Source of the DNA: Candidatus Omnitrophota bacterium
GTDB lineage: Bacteria; Omnitrophota; Gorgyraeia; Zapsychrales; JANLHA01
DNA: 64,000 bases
Reading direction: 5' to 3'
Assembly: GCA_029560465.1 (NCBI GenBank)
Contig: JAKQKX010000069.1
Location: forward strand, 77,021-141,020
The position numbers were made by a program, and so were the translations under genes. The notes below the pieces were generated by a model. It ran no database searches. It was not told the DNA's origin and was given only the letters and a program-made list of their open reading frames with translations. Below are positions 37,812-46,104 of the stretch, one piece after another. Every line of letters begins with the position of its first letter. The first letter of the stretch is position 1.

Positions 37812-39464
37812 TCAGAGGATCGAATTCCCCTTACGGAAAACTAAGGCTGGTTCAGAAGGCGCGGGTTGACCGGCCCCGCGTTCCGGGAAGGATTGGGAGT
37901 CGGTCCCCCTGCCCGGAAAAGAATCTTCGCAGCGCGCCCGGGTGGCCGGCGGAACGGGGCGCCCGCATTTTAAAAGGACAAATCGGATCATGTGGTGCAG
38001 ATAATATTTCGCGTACCCGGCATGGTCAGGATTTTTGTTCCATAATCCGCTGATGATATCGGCCATGAAACTGATCCCGGAATTCAGGAATTTTGGAAGT
38101 TTCTGGAAGCGCCGGGCCTGGAGATGTTTCCTTAAGCCGGGAGGGGTCATGGGCAGGAGTTTGAATACGGTTTCATAGGCGGCGTAGAGGTTCCGGTTCC
38201 GGGGGACCGTCATTTTTGAACTGTCACGGTAAAAATCAGCCTGTTTGCCGTCCTTAAGATTTTCAACCTCCGCAGAAGAGAGGAGCCCGTTCGAGAGGGC
38301 GTATTCTGTCATTTCGGTGCCCGGGAAATAGTTCATCCAGAACGTCTGAATCCGGTAGGGGGGGGTTCTGGCGTAAAGCTCCCGGGCGCTTTCCTGGGCT
38401 GCGAGAGGTTCGCCGGGGAGCCCGAACATGTGATCCACTTTCAGCTCGACATGAAATTTGCGCATCGTTTCCATGACCGTTTCAATTTGGCGGTTTTTTT
38501 CGTAACGTTTGATCACCTGGTTTTTAAAGTTTTCGTCAGCGCTTTGAATCCCCATCTGGACAAACCGGCAGCCGGCTTCGGAAAGCCAGCGGATAACGTC
38601 GTCATCCATAAACGAAGGGTGGGAGAGGCATTGGAAGGGGATGCCGATTTCCTTTTTGTACCGGCTCAGGAAGCCTTTCAGCCACGGTTTATTGAAGGTG
38701 AAAATGTCGTCTTCAAATTCAACCAGCCTTAAGTTGTATCTCCGGCGGGCGTGACGCAGTTCCTGCAACATATGCTCCGCGCTGCGTTGCCGGACGTATT
38801 TCGTTTTGTGAGCCCCGCCTAATTGGCTGTAGAAATTATTAAAACAATACGTGCAGCGGAACGGACAGCCCCGGGACGCCATGGTGAAATAAATGTCACC
38901 CAAACGGATATACTCTTCCCAGAGGGATTTGTCAAACCCCGGGAGGCTGTCCAAATCCTGGATAAAACCGGACTGGGAACCTTGAATGATCTTGCCGTCG
39001 GGTGATTTGTAGCGCGTGTTCGGGATCGGCGATGAGAAGTTTTTCCGGGCGATGGCCTGTAATATGAACCGGAAAGCGAGGTCTCCTTCTCCGACACAGA
39101 CAAAATCAACCGGTTCTTGTTGAAGAACCCGGTCCGGGACGGCGGAGGCGTGCACGCCTCCGAACAGGACCTTGACATTGGGATCCATGCGTTTGGCGTC
39201 CCGCGCAATTCCAAGCATCCATTGATAGGTCGCAGTCATTGCCGAGAACGCGAGCACGTCCGGTTTTTGTTTGGCGATCGTATGGAGGACATGGTCCCGG
39301 TCGTCGAAGAGATTGGCCAAAAACGGAACGTGCAAATTGTATCGGTCATGGAACAACCCGGGGCTGAACGCGAGGCTCACCTCATGTCCGTCGCGTTTCG
39401 CCAGGGCCGTCAGCAGGGAAACGCTGAGCTGCTCCCAGCCCAGGGCCACAAAAGTAATCCGCAT
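37812..39464 (-). CDS. Cobalamin-binding radical SAM protein
   Basis: N-terminal B12-binding region (FGGVHAS...VCVGEGD); ASRGCPFRCTYC; FEDDIFT; MGIQS; MFGLPGE. Confidence 0.92.
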   Translation of the reverse strand: MRITFVALGWEQLSVSLLTALAKRDGHEVSLAFSPGLFHDRYNLHVPFLANLFDDRDHVLHTIAKQKPDVLAFSAMTATYQWMLGIARDAKRMDPNVKVLFGGVHASAVPDRVLQQEPVDFVCVGEGDLAFRFILQAIARKNFSSPIPNTRYKSPDGKIIQGSQSGFIQDLDSLPGFDKSLWEEYIRLGDIYFTMASRGCPFRCTYCFNNFYSQLGGAHKTKYVRQRSAEHMLQELRHARRRYNLRLVEFEDDIFTFNKPWLKGFLSRYKKEIGIPFQCLSHPSFMDDDVIRWLSEAGCRFVQMGIQSADENFKNQVIKRYEKNRQIETVMETMRKFHVELKVDHMFGLPGEPLAAQESARELYARTPPYRIQTFWMNYFPGTEMTEYALSNGLLSSAEVENLKDGKQADFYRDSSKMTVPRNRNLYAAYETVFKLLPMTPPGLRKHLQARRFQKLPKFLNSGISFMADIISGLWNKNPDHAGYAKYYLHHMIRFVLLKCGRPVPPATRARCEDSFPGRGTDSQSFPERGAGQPAPSEPALVFRKGNSIL

Positions 39465-39666
39465 GGGGGTATCCTTTTTGGTGAACAATAAAAGACATTA
39501 TAACAATGAACCTGGATAATGCAAAAAATAATAGAACGCGCGGCCTTTAACGCCGTGTATCCTTTTTTTATAAATATCCCCAGGAGATTAAATTATATGT
39601 GGCTGCTGGACACCCGCCAGGAGAATTATTATAATAATATTCATTATTTATTTTAAAGAGCTTTTC

Positions 39667-41349
39667 ATGTTTAAGAAAAAAATAATCCTTTTCTTTGCGA
39701 TACTGATACTTTTTATCAGCCTGGACGCTCCGGCCTGGTGCGGGTCGTTTAAACTGCGCTGGGTCGAGGTGGACGTTGTTTTGGACGCGGATGGGAAAGC
39801 CCATGTTTCCTATGCGGTCCGCTGGTCCTGCCAGGGCGCTGATCTGCACGGTTTTTATTTTGAGGGATTTGCCGGGCGCCCCCGGTTTAATGACCTGGAC
39901 GCGCACGCTGTTGACGAGAAGGGCACGCGGTATCCTCTGGACATCACGTTCCTGTCAGACCGTAAATATGATATTGTGTTGGCGGGGGGGCAGGCTTTTC
40001 ATGACGGAGAGATTACCTACCGTTTTAATTATGAAACTGATTTACAGGAGAGCGGCCATGTCGTCTTGACTGAAAGCCAGGATGGCCGGCTGGTGGTTTT
40101 TAACTGGGCGCCGGTTCAGTGGAGCGACGCCCTAGAGCATGAAACGGTGACCGTCCATTACCCGGTTGTTATGAACACGCCTGAAGGTTCCCCCGAGGCT
40201 CTGTCAGCCGTTAACTTTTTAACCGAGAAGTATGTCAATCAGCGCTATAAGATTGATTATCCGGCGGCGACCAACGCGCAAGGGAATCCGGTGTTCACGG
40301 TCCGCTTTCACCGTGATGATTTGCCCTCACGGTATCATTTCCAGATTCAGACTTATCTCGACGCGAAATATTTTAATCTCACGACCATGGCCGCTTCCCA
40401 ACCCTGGGCGGAGACGCCCGGCTTCCGGAAGGCGGAAGAGAATTATATTTTCAACCGGTACTTCCCTGGCAGCGTCCTGGCCGTGGTGCCGCTTTCCGCC
40501 GGGGGGCTGCTGGGGCTGTTGCTGTTTGGGGGCGTTGTCCTGCTGGTTTTCCCGTTTTTTATTATGACGAGAAAGCATGTGTCCATGCTGTCGGCCCAGG
40601 ACGGGATCGCTCCGATCCGCTGGGACGGGGACGAATGGGTTCCTCCGAAAATTCAAGTGGGGTCGTTCCGGAAGGACGGAAAAATTAACAAGGATCTGAC
40701 AGCGTTGGAAGCGGGGCTTTTACTGGACATCCCTTTGGGGACATTGGCCGGCTTGATGATCCAGAATCTTGAACGTAAAGGGCTCCTGAAGATCATCAGC
40801 CATGAGCCGTTGAAGGTCGAGAGGATGTCGGCCACTGCGGGTGGGGATGATCCTTATGAAAATAATATTTTAAACGCGATCGACATGTCCGGGAATATCC
40901 CGCAGGGATTCATCAACGATCTTTTTCATGCCATGGCCGCGGGGCTTGAGCAAAAAATTTGGGACTGCGATGTGGACGCCACGAAAGCGTATTACAAACA
41001 GCGTATGGACGCCATCCTGGACCAGGAGAAACAGAACCCCCAACAGGAAACGGACACAGGATATTATTGGGATGGGTATTACCACCATTATTACGGACGG
41101 ATGTATTATCATAACCGGGATTATTACCGCCGGGGCCAGGATATCGGACGGGCGCTTGAGGTGAACGCGCCCCAGGTCAAGGAAGGGTTTTCTTCTTTCC
41201 GGAATTCCTCGCTTTGTTATGAAGGGCCGTTTTTGCAGAATGTCTGCCATGACGCGTGCCATTCTGCGTGTCATTCCGCCTGCCATTCCGCGTGTCATTC
41301 CGCCTGCCACGGGGCCTGTCATGGGGCGTGCGTGAGCAGCGGGCATTAA
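39667..41349 (+). CDS. Signal-peptide membrane protein (DUF2207-like architecture) with C-terminal (CHxA)7 Cys/His repeat; putative radical SAM modification target
   Basis: Signal peptide; extracytoplasmic beta domain (VDVVLDADGKAHVSY); central hydrophobic segment; LTALEAGLLL...LERKGLLKI; Tyr/His-rich patch; Cys/His tail. Confidence 0.8.
   Translation: MFKKKIILFFAILILFISLDAPAWCGSFKLRWVEVDVVLDADGKAHVSYAVRWSCQGADLHGFYFEGFAGRPRFNDLDAHAVDEKGTRYPLDITFLSDRKYDIVLAGGQAFHDGEITYRFNYETDLQESGHVVLTESQDGRLVVFNWAPVQWSDALEHETVTVHYPVVMNTPEGSPEALSAVNFLTEKYVNQRYKIDYPAATNAQGNPVFTVRFHRDDLPSRYHFQIQTYLDAKYFNLTTMAASQPWAETPGFRKAEENYIFNRYFPGSVLAVVPLSAGGLLGLLLFGGVVLLVFPFFIMTRKHVSMLSAQDGIAPIRWDGDEWVPPKIQVGSFRKDGKINKDLTALEAGLLLDIPLGTLAGLMIQNLERKGLLKIISHEPLKVERMSATAGGDDPYENNILNAIDMSGNIPQGFINDLFHAMAAGLEQKIWDCDVDATKAYYKQRMDAILDQEKQNPQQETDTGYYWDGYYHHYYGRMYYHNRDYYRRGQDIGRALEVNAPQVKEGFSSFRNSSLCYEGPFLQNVCHDACHSACHSACHSACHSACHGACHGACVSSGH
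41245..41331 (+). repeat. Seven 12-bp tandem repeats encoding CHxA, plus an eighth Cys
   Basis: TGCCATGACGCG TGCCATTCTGCG TGTCATTCCGCC TGCCATTCCGCG TGTCATTCCGCC TGCCACGGGGCC TGTCATGGGGCG TGC. Confidence 0.97.
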
Positions 41350-41360
41350 CGGAGTTTGCC

Positions 41361-42692
41361 ATGGAATATTATTCCAATATCCGGTGGGTTGACGAATATA
41401 TCAAACGGGTTTCCCCGTATATCCACGTGCGGGAGCACGATCAGCTGCTCATCAAGATCCCCAACGAGGCACATAAAATCAACGCTTCGGGAGTGGCCGT
41501 TTTGAAAACACTCCTGGAGGGGAACAGTATTTATACGGTCGTGGACCGGTATCCGGATAAAGAGGGGGTCGCCCGGGACCTGCATTATTTTTTTTGTGAT
41601 ATCATGGCGCTTCTAAAAGGCTGTTATCATGAACGGGACGGCCGTAAAGCGGTCGAGCGGTATCCTTTCAAGCTTCCTTTTAATACCCTGCCGGTTTTAA
41701 GCGAGATCGCGGTCACGTACCGGTGCAACCTGGCCTGCCAGTTTTGCTACGCGGGGTGCGGCTGCCGCAAGGATATCCGGGCGGAAGAGTGCTCTCTCGA
41801 TCAGCTGAAACGCGTGCTGACCGTGATCCGGAAAGAGGCCGAGGTGCCGTCCGTCAGTTTTACCGGTGGGGAACCCACGCTCCGGGCGGATTTGCCGGAT
41901 TTGGTGCGGTTCGCCAAGTCTTTAAGAATGTGGACGAATCTGATCACCAATGGGACCCTAGTCACGCCAAACCTGGCGGCCACGTTAAAAGCCGCAGGGT
42001 TGGATTCTGCCCAGGTCAGCCTGGAGGCCGCGGATGCGCGCCTGCATGACCGGATTGTCCGTTCTCCCGGGGCTTTTGAGAAGACACTGGTTGGGCTGAG
42101 AGCCTTACGGGACGCGGATATCCGGGTGCACACCAACACAACCATTTCCGCCCTGAACAAAGATTATTTGAACGCGATCCTAGCCCTGGTGCGTGACGAG
42201 GGATTTGATAAGTTTTCCATGAATTTGCTTATGCCCGAAGGCTCGGCGGTCGCGCATTTGGAAGAGGTGCTGATCCGTTATTCCGATATAGGCCCGGTTG
42301 TTTTGGCTGTCCAGCGGGAAGCCCTCACGCTGGGGTTGGAGTTCATGTGGTATTCGCCCACACCGTTATGCATTTTTAACCCGATCGTGCATGGCTTGGG
42401 GAACCGGGGATGTGCGGCTTGCGACGGGTTGCTCAGCATCGCCCCGAACGGGGATATCCTGCCGTGTTCGAGTTTTCCCCAGCCCATGGGAAATATCCTG
42501 GATATGCGGGGCCGTTTCCGGGAGTTGTGGGCCGGCCCGGCTTTTCAATATTTTCAGCGCAAGCATTTCGCTCACAAGCAATGCCAGGCGTGTGAAGACC
42601 TGGCCGTCTGTAATGGCGGCTGCCCGCTGTACTGGCGGCAGGTTGGGTATGAGGAGCTTCTGCAACATAAACCGATGGAGGTGGGCGCATGA
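41361..42692 (+). CDS. Radical SAM/SPASM-domain maturase with N-terminal PqqD/RRE-like region
   Basis: GGAG RBS then ATG 41361; CNLACQFC, FTGGEPTLR, LITNGT and SPASM CAAC...SIAPNGDILPC...CQACEDLAVCNGGC. Confidence 0.92.
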   Translation: MEYYSNIRWVDEYIKRVSPYIHVREHDQLLIKIPNEAHKINASGVAVLKTLLEGNSIYTVVDRYPDKEGVARDLHYFFCDIMALLKGCYHERDGRKAVERYPFKLPFNTLPVLSEIAVTYRCNLACQFCYAGCGCRKDIRAEECSLDQLKRVLTVIRKEAEVPSVSFTGGEPTLRADLPDLVRFAKSLRMWTNLITNGTLVTPNLAATLKAAGLDSAQVSLEAADARLHDRIVRSPGAFEKTLVGLRALRDADIRVHTNTTISALNKDYLNAILALVRDEGFDKFSMNLLMPEGSAVAHLEEVLIRYSDIGPVVLAVQREALTLGLEFMWYSPTPLCIFNPIVHGLGNRGCAACDGLLSIAPNGDILPCSSFPQPMGNILDMRGRFRELWAGPAFQYFQRKHFAHKQCQACEDLAVCNGGCPLYWRQVGYEELLQHKPMEVGA

Positions 42693-43651
42693 AGTGGTTG
42701 CCTGATGCGCAAAGACGGGGGGAGATTCATTTTCTGTTTGCCAAGAGGATGCCTTACCATAGCCGGTTGATCCTGATTTTGGCCCTCCTTACTGGCGGCC
42801 TTCTGGTGCAATTGATGATTGAATTCTGGGGGGGGCTGTTTCTCCTCGTGGCGGCCACGGCCCTCTCGCTCATTAAAGGGTATTCCGCCCGTCCGAAGCT
42901 GAGCGGGCCGGAGGAATGGAATCAGGTCACTCCTGATGAATATCAAAAAGTACAGCTGAAGCAGAAACAGTTGAAAAAGTGGGACCAGGATTGTTTTGAT
43001 ATCACCAATCCTTTGGGGTTTTTCTGTGCGATGTTGTGCGCTGGGGTGGGGCTTTTTATCTGGGTCGGCCTGATGGGGGCCGGGCAGGAACGGCTAGCCG
43101 GGTTCTGGGCCTGGGACACGTTTGTCCTTTTCGCCCCGCATTGGGTCACGGGAGTGCGGAGTTATCTTAAAAAAGATCAGCTTATTATTAAGATTAAACT
43201 CCTGGAACAGATGATGCGGTTTTTGTCCTCCCCGAGTGATGTGCAGGTCCTGCCCATGCTGGCGACCCAAGAAACGAATGACGGGAAACGTGTGCCCACC
43301 GACGCCCGGTTGATGTTGAGATTTCTCCCCGCGCCGGCCGAGTGCCTGGGGTTGCAGGTGCAGATTTCCATTAATAACGTGCAGGGCCAGGATTATCCGT
43401 ATTTATATTGTGTCCTGATAGGCAAATCCCGTAAGTTTTTTGACAAAGCCGGCCTTCTTATAAAAGACGCTCCCCGGAATATCACGCTTGAATTAAAAAC
43501 GGCCCAGGATGTGGTTGTGCTTGTGATCAGGCAGAAAACAACCCAGACATCCGGGTATTTTACAAATCAGAAAGCCGCGGAATATGTTTTGAAATCGGCC
43601 CTTGATATAAGCCGGAAAATTTTGGCTGGCCAGTTATCCGGACAGGGTTGA
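42689..43651 (+). CDS. Hypothetical integral membrane protein (about 4 TM) translationally coupled to the maturase
   Basis: ATGA overlap with the rSAM stop codon; two hydrophobic hairpins and a soluble C-terminal domain. Confidence 0.8.
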   Translation: MKWLPDAQRRGEIHFLFAKRMPYHSRLILILALLTGGLLVQLMIEFWGGLFLLVAATALSLIKGYSARPKLSGPEEWNQVTPDEYQKVQLKQKQLKKWDQDCFDITNPLGFFCAMLCAGVGLFIWVGLMGAGQERLAGFWAWDTFVLFAPHWVTGVRSYLKKDQLIIKIKLLEQMMRFLSSPSDVQVLPMLATQETNDGKRVPTDARLMLRFLPAPAECLGLQVQISINNVQGQDYPYLYCVLIGKSRKFFDKAGLLIKDAPRNITLELKTAQDVVVLVIRQKTTQTSGYFTNQKAAEYVLKSALDISRKILAGQLSGQG

Positions 43652-43706
43652 GGGCGCTTTCCAAGAATTTCCGGAAGCCCTTCCTTGGGTATACGTCCAA
43701 ATATTC

Positions 43707-45335
43707 ATGAAAACGTTGATTTCCGTTAACAATATCAGTAAGACATTTATCTCCCAGGCGGGGAAACATCCGCACATTAAAGCTCTGGATAATATTTCTT
43801 TGGATATTCGAGAAGGGGAAATTTTGGGGGTTTTGGGCCCGAATGGCGCGGGCAAAACGACATTTTTGAATATCCTCTCCACGTTGCTGTTACCCGACAG
43901 CGGGACGATCACGATGATGGGAAAACAACTGGTCCCCGCGCATTATTCCGAATTGCGTCAGTGTTTTAATATGTGTTCCGGGCACCCCAATTTTCCCTGG
44001 AGTTTGACCCTGGAAGAAAATTTATATTTTTACGGCCGGTTGTATAACCTTAAAGGGAGAATTTTGAAACAACGTGTGGCATCCTTGATTGACATGTTCG
44101 GCTTGGGACAGGTCGCGCGGCTTCGTTTTGACGAACTCTCCAGCGGGACCAAGCAGAAGCTGGCCCTGGCTAAGTGTTTGATCAACGAACCCAAGATTAT
44201 TTTTCTCGATGAGCCGACCGTGGGGTTTGACCCGGATGTGGCGGTTAAAATCCGCCGGCTGATTCTGGATATTTATGAGAAGACGGGTGCGACGATCCTG
44301 CTGACGACGCATTATATGCCGGAAGCGGAAAAAATGTGCCAGCGGATCGCCTTTCTGAAAGAGGGGCGTCTTATCCGGTTGGCAACGCCGGAAGAACTAA
44401 AGACACGGCAGGGCCAAAAGGATTTGGAGTCTGTTTTTATCGATTTGGCGGGCAAGATAGCAGAGACGGGCTTGGGTTCCCCACTACAGGAGGCGGGTGA
44501 TTTATTGAGCTGGCAGGAAAGCCGCCCTGCGCCGCGTTCGTTTGCCCCGGATGTGGCCAGATGGCTGAACGGCTGTTTCGCGTTTACATACCGCAACATG
44601 CTGTATGCGTTGAGGAATTTTTTTGCTTTTATGGAACTGGTGTTCTGGCCGATCGTCAGTTTGATCTCGATTGGGCTCATGGGGGATTTTTTAGAGATGG
44701 AAGAGCGCGCGTTCGCGTTTGTTATAACGGGCGCGATAACCGCGGGAATTTTACAAGTCACGCAGCTGGATGTGGCGTACAGCCTGTTGTATGAAGTGTG
44801 GGCCAAAAGTTTAAAGCACACCCTCCTGACACCGGTGGGGATCAGCGAGCATCTTTTCGGGTCCTGGGTGATCGGCATTGCCAGAGGAGTGATTATTTTT
44901 GTGATTTTGGGTTGCGCCGCCACGGTGTTTTTTGGTTTTGAATTTCCTCCTTTATTGGTGACAGGCGTTTTTCTGTTAGGGATTTTCGGCTCCGCGCTTC
45001 TTTTGGGGACGCTTGTATGTTATTTGCTGCTTTGTTTTGGGCAGAAAGCGGAGATAACCGCCTGGATGTTGGCGTATCTTTTCATGCTGATTTGCGGCAT
45101 CTATTATCCGGTAAGCACGTTGCCGAAGTTTTTTTACTATTGCGCTCAATGCGTCCCGATAACATATTTTTTAGAATATTTCCGGCAAAGTTTCGGGTTT
45201 CAGCCCGTCCTTAACTATGTGCTTTGGAAGGGGTTTGCGTTAATTGTTTTTTATCTCATTGTCGGGCTTTTTTTTATGAAACACGCTTTTATTCAGGCAC
45301 GGAAGAACGGAGTGATTGTCAAATTGTCTGAATAA
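43707..45335 (+). CDS. Fused ABC transporter: ATPase plus ABC-2 type permease
   Basis: GPNGAGKTT, LSSGTKQK, IIFLDEP and LTTHYM, then about 6 TM with CGIYYPVSTLP...PITY ABC-2 motif. Confidence 0.9.
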   Translation: MKTLISVNNISKTFISQAGKHPHIKALDNISLDIREGEILGVLGPNGAGKTTFLNILSTLLLPDSGTITMMGKQLVPAHYSELRQCFNMCSGHPNFPWSLTLEENLYFYGRLYNLKGRILKQRVASLIDMFGLGQVARLRFDELSSGTKQKLALAKCLINEPKIIFLDEPTVGFDPDVAVKIRRLILDIYEKTGATILLTTHYMPEAEKMCQRIAFLKEGRLIRLATPEELKTRQGQKDLESVFIDLAGKIAETGLGSPLQEAGDLLSWQESRPAPRSFAPDVARWLNGCFAFTYRNMLYALRNFFAFMELVFWPIVSLISIGLMGDFLEMEERAFAFVITGAITAGILQVTQLDVAYSLLYEVWAKSLKHTLLTPVGISEHLFGSWVIGIARGVIIFVILGCAATVFFGFEFPPLLVTGVFLLGIFGSALLLGTLVCYLLLCFGQKAEITAWMLAYLFMLICGIYYPVSTLPKFFYYCAQCVPITYFLEYFRQSFGFQPVLNYVLWKGFALIVFYLIVGLFFMKHAFIQARKNGVIVKLSE

Positions 45336-45483
45336 AGAGGGGAAACGCTAGAGGCCGGGCCGCTTCTTTAAAAGGCGTCCTGGTTACAGAATACGTTTGG
45401 ATTTATAATCGACACTGATTTTTCTGTCTGTTATAATTGAGCCAGATGTGTTATCCCAGGTCATCAAATTAAGGAGGTGTCCA

Positions 45484-46092
45484 ATGGACGGGGGCCTTAT
45501 GCAGCAGGCAACATCTTTAGAGGCGCTTTTTTGGTTTTGCGCTCTTGCCGGCACGGTTTTTTTTATTATAAGGGTTATTTTTATGGTGATAGGCGGGGCC
45601 CTGGATACCGGTGGAGACGTGGATTTGGGGCCGGATGCGCACATGGATATGGGCCACTCCGGGCATGACGGTACGGTATCAGATACCCATTTCGAGTTTA
45701 TTTCAGTGAATTCCATCACGGCTTTTTTTATGATGTTCGGGTGGATAGGCTTGACGTGTCATAAACAGTTTCTTTTAAACGGAGGGCTTTCTGTTATTAT
45801 CGGATTCCTGGCCGGGGTGGGCTGTATGCTGATAACAGCCTATCTTTTCAAACTTGCCAGGAAACTGGTCAGCCGGGGGAGCGTTTTTTCGGTGGACCAG
45901 GCGATGGGAAAAAAGGGGACCGTTTATCAGCGGATTTCGGCGGACGGCCGGGGAAAAATCACTGTTGAGTTAAATGATAGTACTCGGGAAATTGAGGCGA
46001 TCGCTGAAGATAAACAGGATATTGATTCATTTCAGACCATTGAAGTCGTCCGAGTCGTTGATCAAAGAACCGTGGCGGTTAAAAAAATATAG
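45484..46092 (+). CDS. NfeD-like (YuaF-type) membrane protein
   Basis: AGGAGG RBS; three TM with a Gly/Asp/His linker; C-terminal OB-fold GKKGTVYQRI...GRGKITV; precedes flotillin. Confidence 0.85.
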   Translation: MDGGLMQQATSLEALFWFCALAGTVFFIIRVIFMVIGGALDTGGDVDLGPDAHMDMGHSGHDGTVSDTHFEFISVNSITAFFMMFGWIGLTCHKQFLLNGGLSVIIGFLAGVGCMLITAYLFKLARKLVSRGSVFSVDQAMGKKGTVYQRISADGRGKITVELNDSTREIEAIAEDKQDIDSFQTIEVVRVVDQRTVAVKKI

Positions 46093-46104
46093 GAGGAATC
46101 GGCT

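Noticed and set aside
41245-41331. CHxA repeat as a CRISPR array, VNTR or canonical multiheme cytochrome c
   Set aside because: There are no spacers or cas genes, variation is mostly synonymous within a CDS, and the spacing is CxxxCH rather than the canonical CxxCH.
41256-41360. ORF-track N-terminal extension of the rSAM (MPFCVSFRLPFRVSFRLP...) overlapping the Cys repeat
   Set aside because: It is the alternative-frame read of the 12-bp repeat. A GGAG RBS and ATG at 41361 give a non-overlapping start.
44312-44923. Long antisense ORFs (for example 203 aa here and 214 aa at 36195-36839)
   Set aside because: Shadow ORFs opposite well-supported genes, with no motifs.
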